A stretch of DNA of 57,352 nt from Coriobacteriia bacterium. GTDB lineage: Bacteria; Actinomycetota; Coriobacteriia; Anaerosomatales; SLCP01. Position numbers and translations under genes: made by a program. Below, piece by piece: positions 40,901 to 50,956 of this stretch. The stretch spans positions 1 to 57,352 of the forward strand of contig JAHYJI010000005.1 of assembly GCA_019429145.1 (NCBI GenBank). Direction: 5' to 3'. Position 1 is the first letter of the stretch; each line of letters starts with the position of its first letter. The notes beneath the pieces are model-generated. The model ran no database searches and had not been told where the DNA came from. It saw only the letters and a program-made list of their open reading frames with translations.

Positions 40901-41171
40901 AAGCGCGCACTACGACCTGGAGAGCGTGGATGTCGGACCAGGCGACCTCATCCTTCTGTACACGGATGGAGTGACCGAGGCCCGTCGTGGGAATACATTC
41001 TTCGGTGAGGGAAGGGTGCAGCGGGCGCTGCGCCAGGGCAGCGACGCCGGCGATGTGACACAACGTCTGCTGTCTCTCCTCGACAAGTTCGTGCCCGGCG
41101 CCATTCGGGATGATGCCGCGATACTCGCGGTCGGCGTCGTGGCCGAGCGTAGCGAAGATGCAACGGCATAG
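37950..41171 (+). CDS. Cache-like/HAMP/multi-GAF PP2C (SpoIIE/RsbU-type) sensor phosphatase
   Basis: Two TM helices flanking an extracellular domain, HAMP (RSDEVGRLAAAFN), three GAF-like blocks, GGDYYD, GDVCGKG, YTDGVTE, DDAAIL. Confidence 0.9.
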   Translation: MSKRGGRNASLATSVVLLTFVLAMTAVSVVSLSALVGVYDLANSQVGARHQAYLQTLVGDIALRLDPAGRLVSRSLAVSIDPATGEVNRTALAAQFDTGVEYVDQLLLARSDGSVVSGYPTFRTPRSVEGYPVLSMATTETPVYYYERLEGSLDTRLWVAQAAPGDADLVMLARVRLGFLRPVIDRFADPSIDRWVLLVEREGDAVVASVGASRLVQESIVYEEEEPASGTVSAVAEDEAVVWGHYADIDDHPGLPWRAVIVEPRSGMITATLLALGPAVMALVATGVVTLVLVGIFARRLVSPLTHLEERAREAVTGAYVRPLQSDRSDEVGRLAAAFNAIALRLNALHDLSQLLASSSRLDQVLDGIMSAMGHIVGTATVAVFLVDENSGTLALARAQDSSADQARGVTLDSDSWLVDALHAENPQVRSAAGDEIAELVPADYGQTVTVLAAPLTVGTEPLGVVLVIEDGARTFSEAETEMVRTFSAQAAVAVYNSRLFQFETRSRMEAEVLRAVAEQLSRPQELAAALKSVEESTAILVGASSTMMAVFDRSGFGLPPASHPLEEEAVLSAWAEREYATGTTAVVDTDSGEGARRLLAAAFASSALLVAIVIDEEPRAVLAFLRAGDRPFTLREHRLAAALASQLALAFESAYNFERARTRAVNLETIFRISQAVSSSLQTKVVLNRVLDVVQKIFAADAVSLMTYDAATGLVSTEMARGMISSEMLHFEVEPGTDIPGQVFSSGEPTRADDVVPGDEGLAALAAEQGLHSMLSVPLLARGRSIGVLTVFSTEYGAFSHEDMGLLHTFASQAALAIDTAKLYGKEHLVATVLQASILPKTLPDFPEIESSSIYLPAGVEADIGGDYYDLFRTPDGRILMVMGDVCGKGVVAATKTSMIKYTVRGLATAGLAPDEIISEVNKMVSRSGDTSDIVTLWVGALDAGSGTLAYANGGHPAALVRRASDSSIVRCPPTGALLGATESAHYDLESVDVGPGDLILLYTDGVTEARRGNTFFGEGRVQRALRQGSDAGDVTQRLLSLLDKFVPGAIRDDAAILAVGVVAERSEDATA

Positions 41172-41189
41172 CCAGCGGAGACGGTGTGC

Positions 41190-41975
41190 ATGGAACTTGA
41201 GATTGACCGGCATGAGGGACATCGCGCATGCGTGTTCCATCTCGCCGGTGACATAGACGTAGCAGTCGTCCCTGATCTTCGCGGTTCTCTCGATCAGGTC
41301 ATACAGACCGGCTGCGAGAACATCGTCCTGGACCTCGCCCGGGTAACGTACGCCGACAGCTCGGCGCTCGGCCTGCTGGTCTGGCTCGATCATCGTCTCC
41401 AGCCCCGCGAGGGCAAGGCGATCCTCGCCGGTGCGAATGACGACGTCGCTCGCATCTTCGAGCTCTCGGGGTTGTTGAGCGTCGCCGGATGTCTGGAGGA
41501 GCGCCAGGACGTCGAGAGCGCTGTGGCATGCTTCGACGTGGTCGGGACCGGTGCCGAGGCCGAGTGGTCGCAGATGCTGGAGATGCCTGCCGACGTGCAG
41601 GCGCTCGCGAGCGTGCGAGAGCAGGTGCACGACCTCGTAGGCACACTCGACTTCAACGAATCGGCCCTCTTCGACATCAAGGTCGCTGTCGGCGAGGCGC
41701 TCGCGAACGCGGTGCGTCATGGATCGCCGACAGACGGCCAGGCGGCCATACACGTCGCCGTCACGGCATATCCCGACCGCGTCGTGCTGCAGGTCACCGA
41801 TTCGGGCAGCGGCTTCGACGGAGACCACGTCTGCAGCGACGATCTCTATGCGGTGGGAGGTCGCGGCGTGATGTTCATGCGCGCGCTGATGGACCAGGTG
41901 TGCTTTGCTCCCCGCGAAGGGGGCGGGACCGAAGTGACCCTCGTGAAGCACCGTCCGCTCAGGCTGGTGGAGTAG
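41190..41975 (+). CDS. Fused anti-anti-sigma (STAS) and anti-sigma/Ser kinase (HATPase) protein
   Basis: STAS GDID...LDLARVTYADSSALG; GHKL EALANAVRHG, DSGSGF, GGRGV. Confidence 0.88.
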   Translation: MELEIDRHEGHRACVFHLAGDIDVAVVPDLRGSLDQVIQTGCENIVLDLARVTYADSSALGLLVWLDHRLQPREGKAILAGANDDVARIFELSGLLSVAGCLEERQDVESAVACFDVVGTGAEAEWSQMLEMPADVQALASVREQVHDLVGTLDFNESALFDIKVAVGEALANAVRHGSPTDGQAAIHVAVTAYPDRVVLQVTDSGSGFDGDHVCSDDLYAVGGRGVMFMRALMDQVCFAPREGGGTEVTLVKHRPLRLVE

Positions 41976-42119
41976 GGGTCGCCGCATCAGATCCGGTCGG
42001 ACACGTGCGGCCGGAGGATTACGGCAGCGGACCGGCGAAGAGGAAGGTGTCCGGCCGGTGGCAGTTGGCGGTATGCTCGCTTCAGCGGCATCGGTGCGAA
42101 GCTAGGGAAGGTGCGCAGC

Positions 42120-42689
42120 ATGGACGTGTTCGAGGCTCTCGAGAAGCGCCACTCGGTGAGGTCGTTCAAGACCGATCCGGTCCCGGTCGAGATGATCGAG
42201 CGGATCATGCGCGCCGCGTCGCTCGCGCCTTCGGCGATGAACGAGCAGCCATGGCGCTTCTACGTCACCACCGGTGAGACACGACGTCGTGTCGGTGAGG
42301 CCATGGCGCAGGGCACGACGCATCTCGAAGAGTTCATCGACGTCATGGGTGCGGAGCTGCACGCAGAGGCGGTGAGGTGGTACTCGGAGCTGGGCAACGC
42401 ACCAGTGGTCATCGTCTGTACAATGCCGAAGGCCGCAGACGAGTTCTGGCGCATGAACAAGCATCTGTCGATCGGCGCCGCCATCGAGAACATCCTGCTC
42501 GCAGCAACCGCGCAGGGTCTGGGCGCGTGCAACATCACATTCTCGTTCTACGTCCGAGACGAGCTGGCAGCCACGCTCGAGATCCCCGAGGACCGCACGA
42601 TCATCGCGATCGTCGCGCTGGGATACCCCGATGAGGTGCAGCCGGCACCAGCGGCGCACAATCCCGATATCGCCGTCTTCCTCGACTGA
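42120..42689 (+). CDS. Nitroreductase-family flavoprotein
   Basis: RHSVRSF, APSAMNEQPWRF, AATAQGLG, LGYP. Confidence 0.9.
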   Translation: MDVFEALEKRHSVRSFKTDPVPVEMIERIMRAASLAPSAMNEQPWRFYVTTGETRRRVGEAMAQGTTHLEEFIDVMGAELHAEAVRWYSELGNAPVVIVCTMPKAADEFWRMNKHLSIGAAIENILLAATAQGLGACNITFSFYVRDELAATLEIPEDRTIIAIVALGYPDEVQPAPAAHNPDIAVFLD

Positions 42690-42694
42690 CTCCG

Positions 42695-43393
42695 ATGACG
42701 AAAGCCGTCTTCTTCGACGTCGGGAACACGCTGCTCTTCCCGTACCCCAGCGTGTCAGAGGTGTGCCGTCAGGTGCTGAGCGAAGCGGGGCACGTGCGCG
42801 ACATATCAGCCATCGACGAGTACATGCCGCTCGTGGACGCGTACTACGAGGACCGCTACCGGGAAGATGACACCTTCTGGACCGATGAGGGCGCCACGAA
42901 CGAGGTGTGGGTGGGGATGTACTCGCTCCTCGCCCGCAAACTCGGTCTCCACGAGGATGCCGAGGAGCTTGCCAGTCGCGTCTACGAGGAGTTCGGACGG
43001 GCGGACCGCTGGCGTGCCTACGATGACGTCGTCCCCGCACTGATGCGCCTCAAGGAGCGCGGACACCGCCTGGGCATCATCTCGAACTGGGACCGCCGGT
43101 TGAGCGGCGTGCTCGCCGGTCTCGGGATCGCGGAGCTACTCGACACCATCGTCTCCTCGGCCGAGGTCGGGCTGCACAAGCCCGATCCGCGCATCTTCGA
43201 GCTTGCGTGCCGGCGCGTGGGAGTCGAGCCCCGGGAGGCGGTCCACGTCGGCGACCACCACTACGCGGACGTGCTAGGAGCGTCGTCGGTGGGCATGACA
43301 CCGGTGCTCATCGATCGTCACGAGACGCCAGGGCCCGGCCGGGGCATCGAGACGCTCGATGCACTGGAGATGTTTCTGGGTTGGACGACGTGA
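42695..43393 (+). CDS. HAD-superfamily hydrolase
   Basis: FDVGNTL, ISNWD, KPDPRIF, HVGD...D. Confidence 0.9.
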   Translation: MTKAVFFDVGNTLLFPYPSVSEVCRQVLSEAGHVRDISAIDEYMPLVDAYYEDRYREDDTFWTDEGATNEVWVGMYSLLARKLGLHEDAEELASRVYEEFGRADRWRAYDDVVPALMRLKERGHRLGIISNWDRRLSGVLAGLGIAELLDTIVSSAEVGLHKPDPRIFELACRRVGVEPREAVHVGDHHYADVLGASSVGMTPVLIDRHETPGPGRGIETLDALEMFLGWTT

Positions 43394-43409
43394 CGAGGGA
43401 GGAGCCCGG

Positions 43410-45104
43410 ATGAGACGTTCCGTTGCGTGGATGGCGGGAGCACTTGCGCTGGCCGTGTGTGTGGCAGGAGCGTACGGTGCGTACCTGCTTGCGGGCTACT
43501 CGTGGGACCAGGTGGTGTCGTACGAGACGCCGTTCGGCGACTACGACCGGCCGTGGGCGCTCGACACTGTTCCCGCCGGGGTCGCCACCCCCGCTGATGC
43601 CCCGCGTGCTGTGCTGGTGATCGTCGATGGCTTGCGGGCGGACACGACCCAAGAGATGCCGGGCTACCAGACGCTGCGCCAGTACGGCGCGGAAGTGATC
43701 GCGGTCACGCCGCAGCCCTCCCTGTCCTATCCGACGTGGACGACGATCCTCTCCGGCGCATCGCCCGACATCTCCGGCGTGACCACCAACTGGTTCGAGG
43801 GAGCGGTCCCCGTCGAGACCCTGATCGACAGCGCGCTCGCTGCCGGGCTCACAGTCGCGGTATCGGCACCGGACGACTTCGTGACCCTCTACGGCGCAGA
43901 TCGTGCGCAGGCGACATACTTCGACGCGTGGGCGAAGGAGTACCTGTCGGATGTCTACGTCGACCGCGCCATCGAACTCGTGACACGGGCCGATCCGGCG
44001 TTGCTCGTCGTGCACCTGCCCGACGTGGACGAAGCGGGCCACGCCTACGGTGGGGAATCGCCGCAGTACACGGAGATGGCACAGCGGATCGACGGAGAGG
44101 TCCTGCGGCTCGTCCAGGCGCTGCAGGACGACCGCACGCTCTTCGTGGTGGCGGGCGATCACGGTCACATCGACGCAGGCGGCCACGGTGGGTGGGAGAG
44201 TGTCGTCAGGCAGGTGCCCGCACTGTTCATCGGGCAGGCATCGTCGTTGGAGCGGGAACCGATCTCGCAGACGGACATCGCCCCCACGATAGCCGCGTAC
44301 CTCGGCATTCCCGTTCCGGCGCACGCTGAGGGGAGCGTGCTGACCGAACTCCTCGTACCCGGAGCAGTGAGTCCGGGGGTTGATGACGAGCATGCTCTGC
44401 GGTTCGCGGAGATCTATCTCGCAGCCCTTGGTGCGCCTGAAGCTGTACCCGCTGCTGGAGCGAGCGCCGAGAGTGTCGCAGTGGCTCTGGACAACGCCCG
44501 GGCGGAAAGACTCGCAGCGGAGCGCAGGGACCGGTTGCCGACGGCGCTCGGACTGGGCGCAGCAGCGGTGATCGTACTGCTCGCACTCTTCACACTGTCG
44601 TGGCGGGCAGGTGTTGCGGCTGCCGTCGGAACGCTCGCGTACTACCTCGCGTACAACGGCCTCTACTTCATAGTCCACGGCTACCGCTGGTCGCTTTCCG
44701 CCTTCAACGACGAAGCGCTCGTTCAGCAGTTCTTCTATTTCCGCATGGCGGAGGCGGCCATCGCCGGGCTCGTGGCTGTGGCGGTGGCGGCCATCATCTA
44801 TCCGCTGCTGCACGCCGAGCCGAAGGGTCCGCGCGCTAGAGGGCATCTTGCGGGATGGCTGGCGCTCGGGCCGGCGACCGTCTTGGCGGTCATGGCCACG
44901 CTCGCTCTTCAGGTCGCCTGGTTCCTCTGGGCATACGGGGCCGAGGTGGTCTGGCGACTTCCCGACCTGAGATGGGGATTCAAGTACGACTTGGATCTCA
45001 TACAAGCAACGGCGGTAGGGGCAACCGCGCTCCTGGCACCGCTGGTAACGTACCTGATAGGCCGGTATCATCCGAGGACCCGCATCCGACCTGCCGGGAA
45101 GTAG
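43410..45104 (+). CDS. Membrane-bound alkaline-phosphatase-superfamily protein
   Basis: N-terminal signal/TM, IVDGLR, PSLSYP nucleophile, DVDEAGH, GDHGH, then ~5 C-terminal TM helices. Confidence 0.8.
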   Translation: MRRSVAWMAGALALAVCVAGAYGAYLLAGYSWDQVVSYETPFGDYDRPWALDTVPAGVATPADAPRAVLVIVDGLRADTTQEMPGYQTLRQYGAEVIAVTPQPSLSYPTWTTILSGASPDISGVTTNWFEGAVPVETLIDSALAAGLTVAVSAPDDFVTLYGADRAQATYFDAWAKEYLSDVYVDRAIELVTRADPALLVVHLPDVDEAGHAYGGESPQYTEMAQRIDGEVLRLVQALQDDRTLFVVAGDHGHIDAGGHGGWESVVRQVPALFIGQASSLEREPISQTDIAPTIAAYLGIPVPAHAEGSVLTELLVPGAVSPGVDDEHALRFAEIYLAALGAPEAVPAAGASAESVAVALDNARAERLAAERRDRLPTALGLGAAAVIVLLALFTLSWRAGVAAAVGTLAYYLAYNGLYFIVHGYRWSLSAFNDEALVQQFFYFRMAEAAIAGLVAVAVAAIIYPLLHAEPKGPRARGHLAGWLALGPATVLAVMATLALQVAWFLWAYGAEVVWRLPDLRWGFKYDLDLIQATAVGATALLAPLVTYLIGRYHPRTRIRPAGK

Positions 45105-45110
45105 ACCACG

Positions 45111-46596
<1,486 letters not shown>

Positions 46597-46604
<8 letters not shown>

Positions 46605-47466
46605 CGCCGCCGAGAAGGCTCGCGTCTTCCTCGAGCTGGTCAAGTTCGAACACAGCATCTTCGCGCTTCCGTATGCGTACATCGGCGCACTCTACGGGGT
46701 GGGGGAGGGCTGGCCGAGCTGGCAGTCGCTGCTCTGGATCACGGTCGTCATGGTGGGCGCGCGGGCGTTCGCCTTCGTCGTGAACCGCGCGGCCGACAAG
46801 GAGATCGATGCACGCAACCCGCGCACGGCGGAGCGCGCCATCCCTGCCGGGCTGATCAAGGCGTGGGAGCTCTGGCTCTTCTCGGCCGTGATGCTCGCGG
46901 CCTACCTGTACGGAGTCTGGCAGCTCGATCCGATCGCGCGGCTACTGTGGCCGATCCCGCTCGCGGCGTTCGTCATCTACCCGTATACGAAACGCTTCAC
47001 CCCACTCTGCCACTACTGGCTCGGTCTGTGCCTCGGGCTCGCGCCTGTGGGCGGCTGGGTCGCGGTAGGAGGGCCTATCGGTGACCCCGCACCGTGGGTG
47101 CTCGGTGTGGCCGTCATGTTATGGACCGCCGGGTTCGACATCATCTACGCGACCCAGGACATCGAGTGCGATCGTCGCGATGGCGTGCATTCGATGCCGG
47201 CGGACTACGGTGTGGCAGCCGCCCTGCTTCAGACGCGTGTGGCGCACGCGGCGACCGTGCTCCTGCTCGCGGTGGGCGGGTTCCTCGCAGGTGCGGGCTG
47301 GCCGTACTTCGTTGGTGTCGCCATCGCGGCCGTGCAGCTCGGCTACGAGAACCTGATAATCGGGCCATCGGATCTCTCGCGCGTCAACGCGGCGTTCTTC
47401 ACGGTCAACGGCATCATCGCTATCGTGGTGTTCATGGGGGCGGTCGCCGACCGCCTGACAGCGTAG
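46597..47466 (+). CDS. ubiA: UbiA-like polyprenyltransferase (MqnP-type)
   Basis: KFEHSIFALP, NRAADKEIDARNPRT, GFDIIYATQD, VNAAFF. Confidence 0.9.
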
Positions 47467-47481
47467 GAAGAAAGGGGACCG

Positions 47482-48078
47482 ATGGGCCGCTACACCGTTG
47501 CGATCACTGGTGCGTCCGGCAGTGCGTACGGGATGCGGGTCGTAGAACGCCTGCTCGCCTCGGGTCACGAGGTGGCGCTCGTCATGACGCCCGCAGGTAC
47601 CGAGGTTGCCGCGTACGAGCTCGAGTTCGATCTCCCTGCCGAGGACTCGGCCAGAGCCCTCCTGCGCTTCCTGGAGCTGCCGAGTGACGCGCCCCTGCGC
47701 ATCGCATGCTGTGGCGACCTCTTCGATCCGCTCGCATCCGGATCTCACCGGACCGACGCGATGATCGTCGTGCCTGCCTCCATGGGGTTCTGTGCGAGCG
47801 TGGCGAACGGCCTCGCATCTAACCTGGCAGAGCGGGCGGCCGACGTGGCGCTCAAGGAGGGCCGGCCGCTTGTGATGGTGCCCCGAGAGACGCCGCTCTC
47901 CCTCGTTCACCTGCGTAACCTCACGACGCTTGCCGAGGCGGGTGCGATCATCGCGCCGGCGATGCCGGCCTTCTACCATCACCCGCAGACTCTCGATGAC
48001 CAGGTGAGTTTCGTCGTTGGCAAGGTGCTCGACGTCCTCGGGATCGAACACGATCTGTTTCCGCGGTGGGGAGCGTAG
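47482..48078 (+). CDS. ubiX: Flavin prenyltransferase UbiX
   Basis: ITGASG, ASGS, PASM, RAADVALKE, PRETP, PAFY. Confidence 0.95.
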   Translation: MGRYTVAITGASGSAYGMRVVERLLASGHEVALVMTPAGTEVAAYELEFDLPAEDSARALLRFLELPSDAPLRIACCGDLFDPLASGSHRTDAMIVVPASMGFCASVANGLASNLAERAADVALKEGRPLVMVPRETPLSLVHLRNLTTLAEAGAIIAPAMPAFYHHPQTLDDQVSFVVGKVLDVLGIEHDLFPRWGA

Positions 48079-48100
48079 GGGGGTCTTCCTCGGCCTCAGG

Positions 48101-48129
48101 TTGACGGACGTGCCACCTCGGCGGAGAAT
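48101..48129 (+). promoter_or_regulatory. Sigma70-type promoter of the small ORF
   Basis: TTGACG-17bp-GAGAAT. Confidence 0.6.
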
Positions 48130-48162
48130 GTGTGTTCGTAAGGGTCAGAACCACCGCACCGC

Positions 48163-48201
48163 AGCAGTAGTAGCAGTAGTAGTCGCAGTCACAGTCGCAG
48201 C
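48163..48201 (+). repeat. Triplet (AGY)n tract in a 5' UTR
   Basis: AGC AGT AGT AGC AGT AGT AGT cgc AGT cac AGT cgc AGC immediately before the GGAGG RBS. Confidence 0.8.
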
Positions 48202-48216
48202 ACGGAGGTAGCAGCC

Positions 48217-48369
48217 ATGACCCTGGCACAGGCGCGCAAGCGCTATCCGCTCGTGCCCGCCGAGATCGTGAAGTGGGCCGTCGATAACATCCCCGATCCG
48301 CGCGATGTCGAGCGCGGGCTGATGCGGCTCGAGAACTCCCGCCGCGTCGAGCTCAAGTACTCGGCATAG
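48217..48369 (+). CDS. Small 50-aa protein not in the ORF track (MTLAQARKRYPLVPAEIVKWAVDNIPDPRDVERGLMRLENSRRVELKYSA)
   Basis: GGAGG RBS at 48204-48208, host-like GC3 codon bias, upstream promoter and downstream hairpin. Confidence 0.75.
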   Translation: MTLAQARKRYPLVPAEIVKWAVDNIPDPRDVERGLMRLENSRRVELKYSA

Positions 48370-48380
48370 CAGACACACAA

Positions 48381-48408
48381 GAAGGGCCGCCCACCGGGAC
48401 GGCCCTTC
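48381..48408. terminator. Hairpin between the convergent small ORF and tRNA-Cys
   Basis: GAAGGGCCG...CGGCCCTTC 9-bp stem. Confidence 0.65.
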
Positions 48409-48416
48409 ATCGGTTC

Positions 48417-48490
48417 TGGAGGCGACGCCCGGATTCGAACCGGGGATAAGGGCTTTGCAGGCCCCTGCCTTGCCACTTGGCCACGTCGCC
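48417..48490 (-). tRNA. tRNA-Cys(GCA)
   Basis: Reverse complement GGCGACGTGGCCAAGTGG...CTGCAAA...GTTCGAATCCGGGCGTCGCCTCCA. Confidence 0.95.
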
Positions 48491-48582
48491 GTATGCGGCG
48501 CTGAGCTGCGCCTGTTATGAATCGAAGGCCGGCCCCGTGGGCCGCGTTGAAGCCTCCCGGACCGACCTTCGGATCGAATCGA

Positions 48583-48657
48583 TGGAGCGGACGAAGGGAT
48601 TCGAACCCTCGACCCCCACCTTGGCAAGGTGGTGTTCTACCACTGAACTACGTCCGC
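48583..48657 (-). tRNA. tRNA-Gly(GCC)
   Basis: Reverse complement GCGGACGTAGTTCAGTGG...TTGCCAA...GTTCGAATCCCTTCGTCCGCTCCA. Confidence 0.95.
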
Positions 48658-48668
48658 GCGCAAAGGGT

Positions 48669-48697
48669 AGTCTAGCAAGGGCACTACACCGTGGCAA
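48669..48697 (-). promoter_or_regulatory. Promoter of the tRNA-Gly/tRNA-Cys pair
   Basis: Minus strand TTGCCA-17bp-TAGACT. Confidence 0.65.
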
Positions 48698-48826
48698 GGA
48701 AGAATCCACGCTGGTTCTGATAGATGCCGAGGATATCGTGGTTCCTGGGCGTCCCAGCATTTTGGGGGTGGCGCGGACGGCTGGAGTTGGTACAATGTGC
48801 GTCGCTGCTCGATAGAGTGGCTGCAC

Positions 48827-48901
48827 GGGCGCTTAGCTCAGGGGGAGAGCACTTCCTTGACGCGGAAGGGGTCAGAGGTTCAAATCCTCTAGCGCCCACC
48901 A
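48827..48901 (+). tRNA. tRNA-Val(GAC); integration target
   Basis: GGGCGCTTAGCTCAG...CTTCC-TTGACGC-GGAAG...GTTCAAATCCTCTAGCGCCCACCA; extended -10 TGgTACAAT at 48788-48796. Confidence 0.95.
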
Positions 48902-48910
48902 TGGATGAAG

Positions 48911-48955
48911 AAACGCCCCTTCGGGATCTCTGCGGAGATATTCGAAGGGGCGTTT
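48911..48955. terminator. Bidirectional terminator between tRNA-Val and rep
   Basis: AAACGCCCCTTCG...CGAAGGGGCGTTT 13-bp perfect stem. Confidence 0.75.
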
Positions 48956-49863
48956 TAGCTGGCCCCGAGCGAGGCGAGCGCACCATAGAGGCGGCTGATG
49001 ATCCGACCTTCACTCTCGGCCCGGGCAGCGTGACGGATGCGCGGCTGGGGCTCAGAGGCCCCCCACAGCCCCGGCAGCACCTCCCAGCGCGGATCGAGCG
49101 GCCAGCGGCTCTTGTTGGCCCCTGACGGAACGCAGAGCTTGCACCACTCGACCCCATGGGCAAACAGCCCCGGCAGAATCTGAAAGGACTCACGGACCGT
49201 GTCCGCTGAGAGCTCTCTGAGCGCGTCGCGCCGGTACTGCACTTCGATGCGCCACACAGGAGCGTCCGGATCGTAGTGCTCCGCAGACTCCCACACCGTC
49301 GCATATGAGAGCTTCTTCTTGGCCTTGAGTTCAGCGTCCTTGCGGTAGATGCGAAAGACGGTATTGCGCGTGCCGAGCTTGTACGTGACCCCTTCGCCGT
49401 CTTTGTGGATGCTTCGGGCACTTGCCCGGCAGACGATGTTTTCGAAGTCACGGTCAGTGAACTCAAAGCCCTGGACATCGAGACACAGGTCCAGGCGCGA
49501 GAGGGTGTTTTCCCGATCCGCTCCAAGGGAGGCGGCAAGCTGTGCCGAACGCTCGTAGAGCTCCGTGTGGCCGTGTGTGGCAAGCGCTTGGGCGAGCAAG
49601 CGTACCGAGACCGGAGGGATACCGCTTGCGGCAACAGAGACCCGGAGGATGATGTCTGAGTCCTGTAGTACGAAGCGATACGTGCCGCTGCCCTTGGGAG
49701 TCACGAAGAACTCCTCACCGCCACCGTCGAAGGGCTGAGGACGGTCTAGAAGCTGTGCCCGGTCCTTGGCGGTCTGAAGGCGTGAGATCAGGCCATCGAC
49801 GAGCTCACCTTCAAAGGTCGCTTCCAGGGTATCCACACCGGCATAGAGGAGCCGAATACTCAC
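48955..49863 (-). CDS. Rep_trans-like replication initiation factor (rolling-circle nickase), possibly C-terminally truncated
   Basis: GVDTLE, SRLDLCLD, GVTYKLG, FRIYRKD and VWRIEVQ match the ordered Rep_trans motifs (RxDxxxD, GxTxxxG, RxYxK, WxRxE). Confidence 0.75.
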   Translation of the reverse strand: MSIRLLYAGVDTLEATFEGELVDGLISRLQTAKDRAQLLDRPQPFDGGGEEFFVTPKGSGTYRFVLQDSDIILRVSVAASGIPPVSVRLLAQALATHGHTELYERSAQLAASLGADRENTLSRLDLCLDVQGFEFTDRDFENIVCRASARSIHKDGEGVTYKLGTRNTVFRIYRKDAELKAKKKLSYATVWESAEHYDPDAPVWRIEVQYRRDALRELSADTVRESFQILPGLFAHGVEWCKLCVPSGANKSRWPLDPRWEVLPGLWGASEPQPRIRHAARAESEGRIISRLYGALASLGAS

Positions 49864-50069
49864 GACTTGTCCTCTTGGGTGTAATTAGAATCCCCCATGT
49901 TATAAGCGCTGGGGGATTCGAGCCCTGCGGGCTCCGGGGCGAGGAGTCCGTCAGCGATCAGATCGATGAGCAGCACCGCGAGGGCGCGGGCCTCGGCCGC
50001 CTCCAGGGCGCATCCGCGCCGCTGGAGCTCGGCGCGAAGCTCCGCGCCCACCTCGTGCTTGCTGCTCAT
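49860..50069 (-). CDS. Small hypothetical protein coupled to rep
   Basis: GGAGGTGA RBS; stop overlaps the rep GTG. Confidence 0.6.
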   Translation of the reverse strand: MSSKHEVGAELRAELQRRGCALEAAEARALAVLLIDLIADGLLAPEPAGLESPSAYNMGDSNYTQEDKS

Positions 50070-50123
50070 GTGATCTCACCTCCAAGACGGTCTCGTTCGG
50101 TCTTGGAGGGAGTATCTGTGTGG

Positions 50124-50864
50124 CTAGTCCGGTTTCGCGGACAGAGAATCGAGCACTTGTGTCCACTTATCGCGATATCGGCGGACAGCCCTGCCTACCG
50201 TGTGAGCCGCCTTGCGGACCTCTTCGGAGTAGTTTTCGGGCTCAGCCATAGCCTCGGGGAGTATCCCTGAGCGTAGATCGGCAAGCGCGATCTCGCGGTA
50301 GGAGCCGCGCTTCTCACCGAGGGCTTGGTATCTACGGAACCACTCAGCGTCGCGAAGCGCGTTCTCATGCTCGCCGATGTAATGCGCGAAAGTCCGGTCG
50401 CAGACACGCTGGAAGTCTTCGGTGATTGTGCCGGAGGTCAGCGGTGTCGCGATGGCTATGACTACCGGAAGCTCGAACTCGTCTTCCTCGTGAATCAGGG
50501 TCTGCACTCCGCCGGTGAGCATCGGCAGCATCGGGAACCCTTCGCCTCCGAGATCGGCGATGACTGCAGCGAGCATGTGGAGCGCAAAGTACTGCCGGAA
50601 GGCCGCACGCGCGTCGTCAGGAAGGGTGATGCCTTGCGCCGCGATGCCGTTGAGCAACTCGTCGAGATCGAGGCCGTCTTCTTTGAGGAGTTCCGCCACG
50701 CGGTCAGCGGCCCACTCGTGACTCTGGCCGGTAGCATTCATCTCGCGGACGACGGCCTGTGCCGCACGCCATGCAGGCGTGTCCTTGACGAGCTCGGTGA
50801 GCTCGAGCGCTGATTGTGTCCATGCGGGGAGGTCCATGAGAGCTAGGGTAGCACCCGCCAGCAT
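50124..50864 (-). CDS. Hypothetical protein, possible C-terminal HTH
   Basis: Co-oriented with rep; basic C-terminus (SYREIA...VRKAAHTVGRAVRRYR); start uncertain. Confidence 0.55.
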   Translation of the reverse strand: MLAGATLALMDLPAWTQSALELTELVKDTPAWRAAQAVVREMNATGQSHEWAADRVAELLKEDGLDLDELLNGIAAQGITLPDDARAAFRQYFALHMLAAVIADLGGEGFPMLPMLTGGVQTLIHEEDEFELPVVIAIATPLTSGTITEDFQRVCDRTFAHYIGEHENALRDAEWFRRYQALGEKRGSYREIALADLRSGILPEAMAEPENYSEEVRKAAHTVGRAVRRYRDKWTQVLDSLSAKPD

Positions 50865-50956
50865 CGCACCCGACTACAGGCAGTCGGCGCGAGCTATGCC
50901 CTTCGGGCTCGCGCCGGCCTGATCACCTGTGGACGGCTGCTAGAGGCCAGTCCTCA

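Noticed and set aside
42066-42081. TGGCGGT-atgc-TCGCT upstream of the nitroreductase as a sigma-54 promoter
   Set aside because: Spacing fits but both boxes are poor; the embedded TATGCT is better read as a -10.
48163-48201. Repeat tract as a CRISPR array or leader peptide
   Set aside because: The units are 3 nt with no spacers and no cas genes; the plus-strand V/S-rich and minus-strand C/Y-rich readings lack an RBS.
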